NCBI GenBank assembly: GCA_965221775.1
Contig: CBDCSU010000006.1
Coordinates: 480,001 to 544,000, forward strand
Source of the DNA: Candidatus Latescibacterota bacterium
Lineage (GTDB): Bacteria > Latescibacterota > UBA2968 > UBA8231
Reading direction: 5' to 3'
DNA: 64,000 bases
The notes below the pieces were generated by a model. It did no database searches, was not told the origin of the DNA, and saw only the letters and a program-made list of their open reading frames with translations. Below, in pieces: positions 19,512 through 29,075 of this stretch. A program made the position numbers and the translations under genes. The number at the start of each line of letters is the position of its first letter. Within the stretch, counting starts at the first letter, position 1.

Positions 19512-22418
19512 CTACAGCACGGGAACGACCTCGAGCCAGCTTCCGCCGCGCTCGGCGTTGGCCGACTCGATCGCCTCCTTCGACCCGAGGACGACCACCC
19601 GGCCGGTCTCGGCCAGCCCCTCCAGACGCTCTCCGAAATCGCGGAAGTCGGCCGCCGTCGTGGCCAGCACGGCGTCGCGAAGGCCCTGGCGGAAGTCGTC
19701 GTCCACCCCCGTCAGCTCGCGCACCATGGAGGTGTATCCCCGGGCGTCGGGGAGCTGGTACGCGTCCATCTCGCCGATGGCGCCGATGATCGCCTTGGCG
19801 CGCTCCTCCTCCGACAGGTCGAGGCCGCGCAGGAAGGCGGCGGCGCCGTCGTACACGCGGATCGTGTCGAGGAGGTTGGGGTCGCGGTAGGAGCCGAAGC
19901 CGAAGACGCCGGTGAAGGGGTCGAAGGAGCAGAACGCGCCGTAGGCCCCGCCCTGGACCCGCACCCGGTCCCACAGGTAGCTGTTGCGCAGGTACTTGGT
20001 GATCACCGCCACCGAGCCGCTCAGCTCGTAGCCCCGGGCGTAGAGGTCGCCGCCCTTGCCGACGTAGTTGACCTGCGCCGGCAGGGTCAGCCCTTCGTCG
20101 CCGGCGCCGTAGGCGGGCGACCACTCCTGCAGGTCCCCCCCGCGGGCCGGCAGGGACCCGGCGAGGCCGGCCAGGTGCGGCTCCACGGCGGCGCGGTCGG
20201 CGTCGGCCACGGTGGCGTTCATCAGCAGCGTGCCGCGGTCGACGAGGTGAGCCCGCACGGCCTCGAGCTGGTCCAGCACCGAGGGCCAGTCGCCGCGGAT
20301 GCGCTCCACCAGCCGGCGCAGGTAGAACAGGTAGCTCACGCCGTCCATCTGCTCGCTCACCCAGGAGGCCTCGTCGAACTGCGAGCACAGGCGCAGGGCG
20401 ACGACCGAGTGGCCCCCCGGGACCAGCCCCGCCTCCTCCCCCGCCTTCTCCTCCAGGGCCATCTGCAGCAGGCGGTCGCGGTTGTCGAGGCGCACCGTGG
20501 TGAGCACGTCGCGGACGATATCGACGAGGTCGCCGGCGCGCTCGACGGTGGACTTGCCGCGCACGAAGAACCGGGCCACGGCGCGGTCCCCGCGGCGCTG
20601 GCCGGTGACCAGGCTGTGGGCCGCGAGACCGCCCGTGCGCGCGCCGATGCGCTGCGACAGGCGCACGAAGTCCTCGGTCTCGGTGCCGACCTCGAGGAGG
20701 CAGCGCCCGAAGAGGGGCATCAGGGGGAGCAGCTCCTGGGGCACGGCGCGCAGGTCGAAGCCGACGTCGAGGTAGAGGATGCCGTTGGTGAACAGGTCGT
20801 GGTAGAGGACGGGGGCGCCCCCCGCCTCGGCGCGCTCCAGGGGGATGGCGGGCACCTGCCGGTCGAGGTCGGCCAGCTGCAGCCGCGGCAGCTTCGCCAG
20901 GTCGGCGGGATCGTCGGGCGCCTCCTGGCGGGCCTTCAGTTCCCGCGCCTCGGCGCGGACGCGCTCCAGGTCGGCCTCGTCCATCCGCTCCCGGACCGCC
21001 GCCAGGCGCGCCTTCTCCTCCCCCTCCTCGCGCTGCGCCTGGCCCGCGTCGGGCCGCAGGCGGACGGTGGTGCGGTGGGGGTTGTCCAGCAGACAGCCCT
21101 CGATCAGGCCTTCGAGCCAGCCCCCCTCCAGGGCCCGGTCCCGCACCGCCTTCAGGGGCGCGTCGAAGCTCAGGGGCTCGAAGGGATCGCCGTCGTAGAG
21201 CCAGGTCGTCAGCGACCGCAGCATGAGGATCAGCCCCCGCGGGTAGGAGCCGGTGTTGTTCTCGCGCAGGCGGAACTCGCAGGTGTTGAGCGACGCCCGC
21301 ACCGTCTCCCCGTCGAGGCCGTCGCGGGCCAGGCGGCCGAGGGTATCCGTCACCAGGGCCTCCACCTTCTCCTCGTCGGCGGCGGCGACCCCCTTCAGCC
21401 CGGCCGAGAAGATCGTCTCCTTCAGCTCCGTCTCCATGCCCGAGCCGGCCAGGTCCTCGCCGAGGCCGGAGTCGATGAGGGCCTTGCGCAGCGGCGAGGC
21501 GGGGGTGCCCAGGAGGACGTGGTCGAGGATCTCGAGGCCGAGGCGGCTCTCGAAGTCCGGCGCCGGCGGCAGCAGCCAGTTGACGGTGACGTAGTGCCGG
21601 CCGCCGTCGTCGCCGTCGCCGGCGGCGTAGGTGTGATCGCAGCGGCGGGGCGCGCTCCAGCGCGGCTGGCTGCCCACGGAGGAGTCCACCGCCCGGGGCT
21701 CGAACTCCGCCAGGTACTCCTCGAGGATCTCGAGGCGCCTCTCCGGCGGGTCGTCGCCGTAGAACCAGATGAAGGCGTTGCCGGGGTGGTAGAGGTCGCG
21801 GTGGAAGGCGGAGAAGCTCTCCCAAGTCAGGTCCGGGATGTGCCGCGGGTGGCCCCCCGACTCGACGCCGTACGTCGTGTCCGGGAACAGGCCCTGCTGG
21901 ATCGCCTCGCCCAGGACCCGCTCCGGCGAGGAGTAGGCGCCCTTCATCTCGTTGTAGACGACGCCGCTGAAGGCCAGCTCCCCCTCCTCGACCTCGTAGT
22001 GCCAGCCCTCCTGCTTGAGGACCTCCGGCGTCAGCCGCGGGTGGAAGACGGCGTCGAGGTAGACGTCGACGAGGTTGTGGAAGTCGCGCAGGTTCTGGCT
22101 GGCCACCGGGTAGCAGGTGCGGTCGGGATAGGTGAAGGCGTTGAGGAACGTCTTCAGCGACCCTTTGAGCAGCTCGACGAAGGGCTCCTTCACCGGGTAC
22201 TTGCGGGAGCCGCAGAGGACGCAGTGCTCGAGGATGTGGGCGATGCCGGTGGAGTCGGAGGGCGGCGTGCGGAAGGTGATGCCGAAGACCTTGTTGGCGT
22301 CGTCGCCGTTGACCACCGACATGAGCCGGGCCCCCGTGGGATGGCGGTACAGGGTCGCCTCCGAGCCCAGCTCGGGGATGCTCCGGCGGACCTCCGCTTC
22401 GAACCGATGCGCGCTCAT
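19512..22418 (-). CDS. M16C insulinase-family peptidase (presequence protease PreP/Cym1-like)
   Basis: Inverted zincin HILEH...CGSRKYP, FLNAFTYPDRT, GVVYNEMKG, VRVQGGAYG, SYRDPN; 968 aa. Confidence 0.92.
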   Translation of the reverse strand: MSAHRFEAEVRRSIPELGSEATLYRHPTGARLMSVVNGDDANKVFGITFRTPPSDSTGIAHILEHCVLCGSRKYPVKEPFVELLKGSLKTFLNAFTYPDRTCYPVASQNLRDFHNLVDVYLDAVFHPRLTPEVLKQEGWHYEVEEGELAFSGVVYNEMKGAYSSPERVLGEAIQQGLFPDTTYGVESGGHPRHIPDLTWESFSAFHRDLYHPGNAFIWFYGDDPPERRLEILEEYLAEFEPRAVDSSVGSQPRWSAPRRCDHTYAAGDGDDGGRHYVTVNWLLPPAPDFESRLGLEILDHVLLGTPASPLRKALIDSGLGEDLAGSGMETELKETIFSAGLKGVAAADEEKVEALVTDTLGRLARDGLDGETVRASLNTCEFRLRENNTGSYPRGLILMLRSLTTWLYDGDPFEPLSFDAPLKAVRDRALEGGWLEGLIEGCLLDNPHRTTVRLRPDAGQAQREEGEEKARLAAVRERMDEADLERVRAEARELKARQEAPDDPADLAKLPRLQLADLDRQVPAIPLERAEAGGAPVLYHDLFTNGILYLDVGFDLRAVPQELLPLMPLFGRCLLEVGTETEDFVRLSQRIGARTGGLAAHSLVTGQRRGDRAVARFFVRGKSTVERAGDLVDIVRDVLTTVRLDNRDRLLQMALEEKAGEEAGLVPGGHSVVALRLCSQFDEASWVSEQMDGVSYLFYLRRLVERIRGDWPSVLDQLEAVRAHLVDRGTLLMNATVADADRAAVEPHLAGLAGSLPARGGDLQEWSPAYGAGDEGLTLPAQVNYVGKGGDLYARGYELSGSVAVITKYLRNSYLWDRVRVQGGAYGAFCSFDPFTGVFGFGSYRDPNLLDTIRVYDGAAAFLRGLDLSEEERAKAIIGAIGEMDAYQLPDARGYTSMVRELTGVDDDFRQGLRDAVLATTAADFRDFGERLEGLAETGRVVVLGSKEAIESANAERGGSWLEVVPVL

Positions 22419-23263
22419 GACAGCCCCCAGACCTCGGCCGCGGTGCCCCCGAGGATGCGGTCCCGCTGGGCGGCGGTGAGGAAGTCGAAGCCCTCGCGCA
22501 CGAGGCGCAGCTCCTCGCCCAGGGAGAGCCAGCCGTGGCGGGTGCGGTGATGGCCGGGGTAGCCGGTGCCCCAGAGGCAGCGCTCGGCGCCGTAGGCGTC
22601 GACCAGGGCGCGCACGTAGGGGTGGGTGTCGGCGAAGGGGAACTCCTTGGAGATCGATCTCCCCTTCACGTCGGAGATCTTGACGAACAGGTTGGGCAGC
22701 TTCGCCAGGGCCGTGATCGGCTCCCAGGGCTCGGGCCCGTCCTCGAGGCGCGGGTAGCCCATGTGGTCGATGAGGAGCTTCATGGGCGGATGGCGGCGGG
22801 CGATCTCGGCGATCTGGCCGGCGAAGGGCGGGCTCGTGTGGAACTGGATCACCGCGCCGCGGGCGGCCAGGACCTCCCACATGGCGCGGTTGCCGGCAGT
22901 GGTGAGGACCTCCTCCTCCGGGTAGTACATGGGGTGGAAGCGGAACCCCGCCAGGCCGCGCTCCTCCATCCAGTAGCGGGCGGTCTCGGCGTTGGCGGCC
23001 TCGTCCCGGGGGTCGATCAGCCCGTGGCCGATGAAGCGCTCCGGGAAGCGCGCCGTCGAGTCGGCGATGTAGCCGTTGTCCCAGGTCGACCACGAGGTCT
23101 GCACCAGCACCGAGCGGTCGACGCCGTTGGCGTCCATCTCCTCGAGCAGCTCGTCGGCGGTGCCGGGCTCGTCCGGCTCCGAGGTCCAGTTCGGCGCCGT
23201 GGGCCCCACGGGATACCGCGGCGGATCGATCTCCCAGACGTGCACGTGCGTGTCGACGATCAA
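22415..23263 (-). CDS. Amidohydrolase_2 family protein
   Basis: DTHVH, IDHMG, LWGTGYP, ILGGTAAEVW. Confidence 0.88.
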   Translation of the reverse strand: MIVDTHVHVWEIDPPRYPVGPTAPNWTSEPDEPGTADELLEEMDANGVDRSVLVQTSWSTWDNGYIADSTARFPERFIGHGLIDPRDEAANAETARYWMEERGLAGFRFHPMYYPEEEVLTTAGNRAMWEVLAARGAVIQFHTSPPFAGQIAEIARRHPPMKLLIDHMGYPRLEDGPEPWEPITALAKLPNLFVKISDVKGRSISKEFPFADTHPYVRALVDAYGAERCLWGTGYPGHHRTRHGWLSLGEELRLVREGFDFLTAAQRDRILGGTAAEVWGLS

Positions 23264-23309
23264 GTCGGTCTCTCCCCGGCCGCTGGCGCGGCCCCAGGTC
23301 TTGTGGGAC

Positions 23310-24497
23310 TCACCATCCCTGTCCCGGCACCGGCGGCAGCGAGATCTTGCCGAGGACGGCGTCGGCCTTGGCCCCGGTGGCGGCGCGCACGTTGCCGGCG
23401 CGCCCCATGAGGGTCTCGTTGGCCAGGACCGCGAAGGCCAGGGCCTCCTTGGCGTCGGCGGGCACGCCGAGGCGGTCGATGGCCCCCAGCTCGCGCGGTG
23501 CCAGGGCTTCCTCGAGGAGGCCCATGAGGTGGGTGTTGCGCACCCCGCCGCCGCCGACCCAGACCTCCTCCAGGGCGCCCTCGGGATCGGCGAAGCGGTC
23601 GACGCCGGCGGCGATGGCGCGGGCCGTGAAGGCGGTCAGCGTCGCCACCAGGTCCGCCGGCCCGAGCTGCGCCTGGCGCATGACCTCGGCCAGGTACAGG
23701 GTGCCGAACTCCTCGCGGCCCGTCGACTTCGGGGGCGGCCGGCGGAAGAACTCGTGCTTCATCAGCCGCTCCACCCAGTCCTCGTCCACGGTCCCCGCCG
23801 CCGCCCGCCGGCCGCCGTCGTCGAAGCGCTCGGCGCCGCCGGTGAGGTGCATGACGGCGCCGTCCACGAGGGCGTTGCCCGGCCCCAGATCGAAGGCGAG
23901 GACCCCCTGCTCGCGGCGGGCCCCCGGAGGCAGGGCGGTGACGTTGGCGATGCCGCCGATGTTGAGCAGCAGCCGGCCGCGGTCCGGGTGGCTGAAGAGC
24001 AGCACGTCCACCAGCGGCACCAGGGGCGCCCCCTCGCCCTCGGCGGCCATGTCGGCGGGCCGGAAGTCGCTCACCACCGGGATCCCCGTGTGCCGGGCGA
24101 CGACGGCGGCCTCGCCGATCTGCAGGGTCGAGGGCGGGTCGGACTTGGGCAGGTGGCGCACCGTCTGGCCGTGGCTGCCCACGAGGTCGATCGCCGCCGG
24201 CTCGAGGTTGGCCGCCTCGGCCACCTGGAGGGTGGCATCGGCCAGGGCGGCGCCGAGGGCGAAGTTCACCCGGCACAGGTCCTCCACCAGGGCGTCGGGC
24301 TGGAACAGCAGGAACAGGTCCGCCTGCAGCGCCTCCGGCAGGGGGTGCGTCAGGTGGGCGAGGATCTCGAACTCCGTGCTCTCGCCCCAGCCCTCGATCT
24401 CGGCGAGGACGGCGTCGATGCCGTCGGCGGAGGTGCCCGTCATCAGTCCCACGACGCGGCGCGACTCCCTGGAGGCGCTCTCGATCAGACGCTGCAC
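23310..24497 (-). CDS. anmK: Anhydro-N-acetylmuramic acid kinase
   Basis: GLMTGTSADGID, GSHGQT, DFRPADMA-GEGAPLVP, NIGGIAN, PPKSTGRE, KEALAFA. Confidence 0.95.
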   Translation of the reverse strand: MQRLIESASRESRRVVGLMTGTSADGIDAVLAEIEGWGESTEFEILAHLTHPLPEALQADLFLLFQPDALVEDLCRVNFALGAALADATLQVAEAANLEPAAIDLVGSHGQTVRHLPKSDPPSTLQIGEAAVVARHTGIPVVSDFRPADMAAEGEGAPLVPLVDVLLFSHPDRGRLLLNIGGIANVTALPPGARREQGVLAFDLGPGNALVDGAVMHLTGGAERFDDGGRRAAAGTVDEDWVERLMKHEFFRRPPPKSTGREEFGTLYLAEVMRQAQLGPADLVATLTAFTARAIAAGVDRFADPEGALEEVWVGGGGVRNTHLMGLLEEALAPRELGAIDRLGVPADAKEALAFAVLANETLMGRAGNVRAATGAKADAVLGKISLPPVPGQGW

Positions 24498-25912
24498 GGC
24501 TTCTCCTTGTCGGCCACCATCACCAGGCCGAAGAGGGTCCCGAAGAGGAGGGCGAAACGGCCGTTCATCATCGAGCCGTCGCTGAGGCCGAGGAGCCCCA
24601 TGGCCGTCAGCGTGGCGACGCAGCCGGCGGCGAAGGCGCGGGTGGGGGGATCGGCGCCGCGGCACAGGCGCAGGGCCCGCCGGCCCACGTGCAGGCACAG
24701 CCACGGGAACAGCAGCAACCCGGCGATCCCCATCTTCAGCCACAAGGTCAGGTAGAGGCTGTCCACGGTCCACGCCTTCCAGGTCTCGAAACGGCCCGCA
24801 TCCGGGTTGAAGGACCAGGCCGTGAAGGTCGCCCCCTGGCCGCCGCCGAGGAAGGGGTGCTCGAGGATCTCCTCCCAGGCGCTGGCGTAGCCGAGGAAGC
24901 GGCCCACCACCTGCACGTCGCGGGTCACGTCGAGGAAGGTGCGGGAGCGCTCGACGGCGTGGGCCGACAGGGCGGCGCCGGTGAGGCGCTGGAAGGCGAG
25001 GGCGGTCAGGACCAGGGCGGCGACCACGCCCGCCGCCAGCAGGGCCGCCTTCCAGGCGCGGCGCCGGGCCGCCGGCTGGGACCGGTGCCAGAGCCAGACC
25101 GTGACCAGCAGGCCGAGGCCGAAGGCGGCCCACATGCCGCGGCCGAGGGTGATGGCGAAGCCGAGGCCGATGAACAGGAACAGGGCGAGCAGCAGCGGCC
25201 GGCCCCAGCGGCGCGGGTCGTGGACGAACCCGTTGGCCAGCAGCAGCATGGCCACGGGCAGCACGATCCCCTGGCGGCGGCTGACGCGCACGAAGCTCTC
25301 CCCGGCGGCGGGGTCGACGGCGCCCAGGAACTCCAGCAGGTACTCGGCGCTCACCACGACGCCGGCGAGCACCACCAGGGGCGAGAAGAGCCGGGCGCCA
25401 TCGCCGGGGCGAGCCGCGCACAGCACCAGGAAGAACACGCCGTAGTACAGGGGGTAGCGCAGGTTGCGCAGGACCGCCTCGTTGCCGTGCCAGAAGCCGA
25501 CCGCCCCGGAGAGCAGGGCCAGCAGCAGGAAGGCGGCCACCAGGCCGTCGGCGCTGGTGCGCCGCAGCCGCCAGCGGTCGAAGGCGGCCAGGTCGACGAG
25601 GGCGAAGAGCACCCCCGCCAGCAGGATGATCTCCCAGGGCCGCAGCCCCAGGGGCAGCCGCGTGGCGTCCAGGAGGTGGACCGGGAGCGCCGCGGTGGCC
25701 ACCAGCAGCACCGCCAGCGTCCGCCGCGGCGAGAACAGGACCAGGGCCGCCGCGGCCAGTGCTCCGGCGGCGAGGACCACGTGCAGCGCCGTGCCCAGCA
25801 GCAGCAGGGGCCCCGCCGTGGCCAGCACCGCCACGGCCGCCGCCGCGGCCACCAGACGGCCGTTGTCCGGGGTCACCCGCCAGGGGCTGGAGATCGCATT
25901 CATCTCAGGCAC
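24485..25912 (-). CDS. O-antigen ligase / Wzy_C-like membrane protein
   Basis: Polytopic; TLGRGMW, HPFLGGGQG, DSLYLTLWLKMGIAG (where family members usually have HNxYL). Confidence 0.75.
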   Translation of the reverse strand: MPEMNAISSPWRVTPDNGRLVAAAAAVAVLATAGPLLLLGTALHVVLAAGALAAAALVLFSPRRTLAVLLVATAALPVHLLDATRLPLGLRPWEIILLAGVLFALVDLAAFDRWRLRRTSADGLVAAFLLLALLSGAVGFWHGNEAVLRNLRYPLYYGVFFLVLCAARPGDGARLFSPLVVLAGVVVSAEYLLEFLGAVDPAAGESFVRVSRRQGIVLPVAMLLLANGFVHDPRRWGRPLLLALFLFIGLGFAITLGRGMWAAFGLGLLVTVWLWHRSQPAARRRAWKAALLAAGVVAALVLTALAFQRLTGAALSAHAVERSRTFLDVTRDVQVVGRFLGYASAWEEILEHPFLGGGQGATFTAWSFNPDAGRFETWKAWTVDSLYLTLWLKMGIAGLLLFPWLCLHVGRRALRLCRGADPPTRAFAAGCVATLTAMGLLGLSDGSMMNGRFALLFGTLFGLVMVADKEKPCSV

Positions 25913-25992
25913 CGCTCGCCTGGGGCTTCTGCGCCACCAGGCGGCCGTTGTCGGGGGCCACCCGCCACGGGCCCGAGACCGCCGCCGTCATC

Positions 25993-26691
25993 TCAGGCCC
26001 CGCCGCACGGCGCCGGCTTGCGCGCCACCAGCAGGTGGTTCCAGGCGTCGCTCTCGACGCGGTGGATCCCGTCGAGGACCAGGCACGCCACCTGCACCAG
26101 CGCCATCAGCGGCCGCGTGAGCGGGTAGAGGCGGATCCTCTCCAGGCGCCGCAGGTAGTGGACGAAGCGCGCTCCCGCCGTGACCCAGTACCCGGCCAGG
26201 GCGTTCACCTCCACGACACGAAGGCCCGCGGCCTCGCCGAGGTGGCGCAGCCCGAAGGGGGTGAACCGGTAGTAGTCGCGGGGCTCCTCGTGGAGGCCCC
26301 AGATGTGGGGCGCCGTCAGCACCAGGGCACCGCCGGGGCGCAGGACGCGGGCGATCTCGTCCAGCAGGCGCCGCGGCCGCGGCACGTGCTCCAGCACCTG
26401 AAGGCAGAGGACGGTGTCGAAGGTAGAGTCGCGGAAGGGCAGGTCGAGGCCGCTGGCCCAGGCCTCCGGCAGCCGCCGGGGACCGCCCCCGGCGGACGGT
26501 CCGTAGCGCTGCCGGTCCGGGTCGACGCCGAAGGAGCGCTCGCTGTGCCGGTCCAGCAGCCCGGCGAAGGGCCGGGCGCCGCAGCCGACGTCGAGGAGCC
26601 GCCCGCCGGCGTGGGCCGCGACGGCGGCGGTCACGTGGCGGGCGTGGATGCGGTGGACCAGCCAGTTGACGTGGAAGGGCGTGAGGGGCAC
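25993..26691 (-). CDS. Class I SAM-dependent methyltransferase (Methyltransf_11)
   Basis: LLDVGCG, LPFRDSTFD, VLEHV, RVLRPGG, HEEPRDYYRFT. Confidence 0.9.
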   Translation of the reverse strand: MPLTPFHVNWLVHRIHARHVTAAVAAHAGGRLLDVGCGARPFAGLLDRHSERSFGVDPDRQRYGPSAGGGPRRLPEAWASGLDLPFRDSTFDTVLCLQVLEHVPRPRRLLDEIARVLRPGGALVLTAPHIWGLHEEPRDYYRFTPFGLRHLGEAAGLRVVEVNALAGYWVTAGARFVHYLRRLERIRLYPLTRPLMALVQVACLVLDGIHRVESDAWNHLLVARKPAPCGGA

Positions 26692-26707
26692 GACCGGCGC
26701 GCGGGCG

Positions 26708-27820
26708 CTACAGCCGGTCGCGCGCGGTGTGGGGATAGTAGTCGACCACGGCGCCCTCGCCGTCGATGACGTAGCAGCCGGGGAAGCGGATCGCCGTGGG
26801 GCAGACGTGGCCGGGCACGGCCAGCAGGTAGTCGCCGATCTCGGGCAGGCGGCCCTCGGGCAGCTCGAAGACGGCGTGTTCCTCGTTCTGGAGGAGGAGG
26901 CGGGCGTCCTTGCGGCCCAGCAGCCAGGCGCGGCGCTCCAGGGCGGGATCGGCGGCGACCGCCTTGTTCCCCGCGTCGGTGGTGATCGTCAACTGGTCGG
27001 GATAGCGGTCGACGACCTGGCACAGCACCAGCGCCGCCCAGCGGAAGGGCTGGCCGGGCTTGCCCAGGGCGCCGTTGATGTCCCAGTAGGTCACCGTCCC
27101 CGGCGAGCCGTGGAAGCCCTCGGTGCGCGCGTAGTACTCGTAGGAGTAGGAGCCGCCGCCCACGACCCGCTCCACCGGCATGCCGGCGCCCTCCAGCTGT
27201 TCCTTGAGGGCCTGCAGGTCGCGGATGTGGGCCATGGCCGCCGCCTCCCGCCCCGAGGGGTCCTGGAAGTGCTCGTGGCCGTCGTAGATGTGCAGGCCCG
27301 CCGCCTCCAGCCACTCCTCGCCGTGGATCGCGGCGTAGAGGTCGGGCACCCCCTTCGGCGCCACGCCGGTGCGCCGCATGCCCGCGTCGACGTCGACCAT
27401 GACCCGCAGCTTGCGCTCGCGAGCTTCGCCGGCCTCGGCCAGGCGGCTCACGTGGATGGGGGCGCTCACCGTGGCGTAGACGCGCTGCTCCGGGTGACCG
27501 GCGGTGATCCCGGCGAAGCGCCGGGTCTTGATCGACTGCACGAGGGGATACGCCAGGACCGCCTCAGGGGCCCCGGCGTCGAGGACCATCTCCAGCTCCT
27601 TGAGGGTGGCGCACTTGAAGCCGGCGACGCCGGCGGCCAGCTGCTTGCGGACGATCGCCTCCGACTTGTGGGTCTTGACGTGCATCATCAGGTTGGCGGC
27701 GCCGCCGACCTGCTCGCAGAGGGCGGCCAGATTCTGGTCGACGAGGTCCTCGAAGACGACCATGGCCGGCGTCTCCAGGCCGTCCGGGTCGGCGATGCGG
27801 TAGGGCTCGTGCTCGATCAT
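26708..27820 (-). CDS. D-TA/DSD1-family fold-type III PLP enzyme (D-threonine aldolase / D-serine dehydratase-like)
   Basis: HVKTHK, KCATLKE, GMRRTG, HIYDGH, NEEH, PGHVCPT. Confidence 0.88.
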   Translation of the reverse strand: MIEHEPYRIADPDGLETPAMVVFEDLVDQNLAALCEQVGGAANLMMHVKTHKSEAIVRKQLAAGVAGFKCATLKELEMVLDAGAPEAVLAYPLVQSIKTRRFAGITAGHPEQRVYATVSAPIHVSRLAEAGEARERKLRVMVDVDAGMRRTGVAPKGVPDLYAAIHGEEWLEAAGLHIYDGHEHFQDPSGREAAAMAHIRDLQALKEQLEGAGMPVERVVGGGSYSYEYYARTEGFHGSPGTVTYWDINGALGKPGQPFRWAALVLCQVVDRYPDQLTITTDAGNKAVAADPALERRAWLLGRKDARLLLQNEEHAVFELPEGRLPEIGDYLLAVPGHVCPTAIRFPGCYVIDGEGAVVDYYPHTARDRL

Positions 27821-27871
27821 CCTCGGGGGCGGCTTCCTTCGGGGGCTGGGCGTAACTGGCGGAAGCGTTTG

Positions 27872-27900
27872 AAGATAGGAGCCCTCGCCGAGGGCTTCAA
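27872..27900 (-). promoter_or_regulatory. Putative promoter with a palindromic spacer
   Basis: Minus strand TTGAAG-N17-TATCTT; the spacer carries the inverted repeat AGCCCTC-GCC-GAGGGCT. Confidence 0.45.
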
Positions 27901-27918
27901 CGAAGGCGAAAGCAACCC

Positions 27919-29004
27919 TCAGGCCGGGTGGCGCTCGCGCAGCAGGGCCGCCGCCTCGGCCTCGTTCTTCAGCTTGAGGTAGGGCTCCTCCAGGGGCATG
28001 TCGATGGCCAGGCCGGGGGCGAAGCCGCAGTCCGGGTTGAGGCTCAGGCGCCCGGCGTCGACGTGCTTCAGGGCCTCCTCCACGCGGCCGACGATCTCGG
28101 CGGTGGTGTCGATCTTCTCGAAGCGGCACTCCACGGCGCCGAGACCGATCAGGCGGTCCTCGGGCAGCCGCCTGAGGATGGAGACGTCCCCGGCCACGGG
28201 GATGCTGAACTCCATCACGTACTGGTCGACGTCGATCCTGCACACCGTCTCGACGATCGGGTCGTAGCCGCCCTCGGCGCCCCAGCCGCGGCGGCCGTAG
28301 TTGCGCCGGCACAGGTGCAGGGCGGTCTGCACCTTGTCGAGGCCCGCGATCATGCCGTTGATCGCGTCGGCCGCCAGGTCCATCTCGTAGCGGGCGTCCT
28401 CGAAGCTGTCGCGGTACGAGGGATCGACGAGCACGCACAGGTGGGGCTCGTCGATCTGCACGACGGTGACCCCCGTCTCCTGCAGGGCCAGCAGCTCCTG
28501 GCGCAGGATGACGGCGACCTCCTCGATGAAACGGTCGCGCGTCGGATAGGCGCGGGAGGAGACCTCCCGCTCCCACAGGCGGACCCCGAGCAGGTAGGGC
28601 GACGGCACGCAGACCTTGGTCATGCGGTCGGTGGCTTCCACCAGGAAGCGGGCCTCCGACGCGATCAGCCCGGGGTTGACGACCTCCATCGGCTCGGTGA
28701 CCGAGATCCCCCAGCGGTGCGGCTCGGGGCGCGCGTCCTCGCTGAAGCCGGTGGCGATGTCGGCGATGATGTGGGTGTAGGCGTGGCGGCGCCACTCGCC
28801 GTCGCTGACCAGGTCGAGGCCGGCCTGCTCCTGCACGGCGATGGCGTAGCCCACGGCGGCGTTCATCTGCCGCGACCGGGCCGCCGCCGCCGAGGCCGGA
28901 CCCGGCAGCTCGGGCAGCATCTCGCGCACCATCATCGGCCGCGGCAGGCTGCCGACGACGCCGGCGGCGAAGGGGGTGCTGGTGAATCTCTCGGAAAGGG
29001 CCAT
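27919..29004 (-). CDS. Cobalamin-independent methionine synthase II (single-barrel core MetE-like) family protein
   Basis: VGSLPRP, SDGEWRR, QIDEP, Zn ligands HLC...E...NPDCGF. Confidence 0.85.
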   Translation of the reverse strand: MALSERFTSTPFAAGVVGSLPRPMMVREMLPELPGPASAAAARSRQMNAAVGYAIAVQEQAGLDLVSDGEWRRHAYTHIIADIATGFSEDARPEPHRWGISVTEPMEVVNPGLIASEARFLVEATDRMTKVCVPSPYLLGVRLWEREVSSRAYPTRDRFIEEVAVILRQELLALQETGVTVVQIDEPHLCVLVDPSYRDSFEDARYEMDLAADAINGMIAGLDKVQTALHLCRRNYGRRGWGAEGGYDPIVETVCRIDVDQYVMEFSIPVAGDVSILRRLPEDRLIGLGAVECRFEKIDTTAEIVGRVEEALKHVDAGRLSLNPDCGFAPGLAIDMPLEEPYLKLKNEAEAAALLRERHPA

Positions 29005-29075
29005 GCAGAGAGAGTAGCGGGGATCGGGGCCTCTGTCTACCATTGCCCGAACCACCCGACACAGGAGACCGCACG

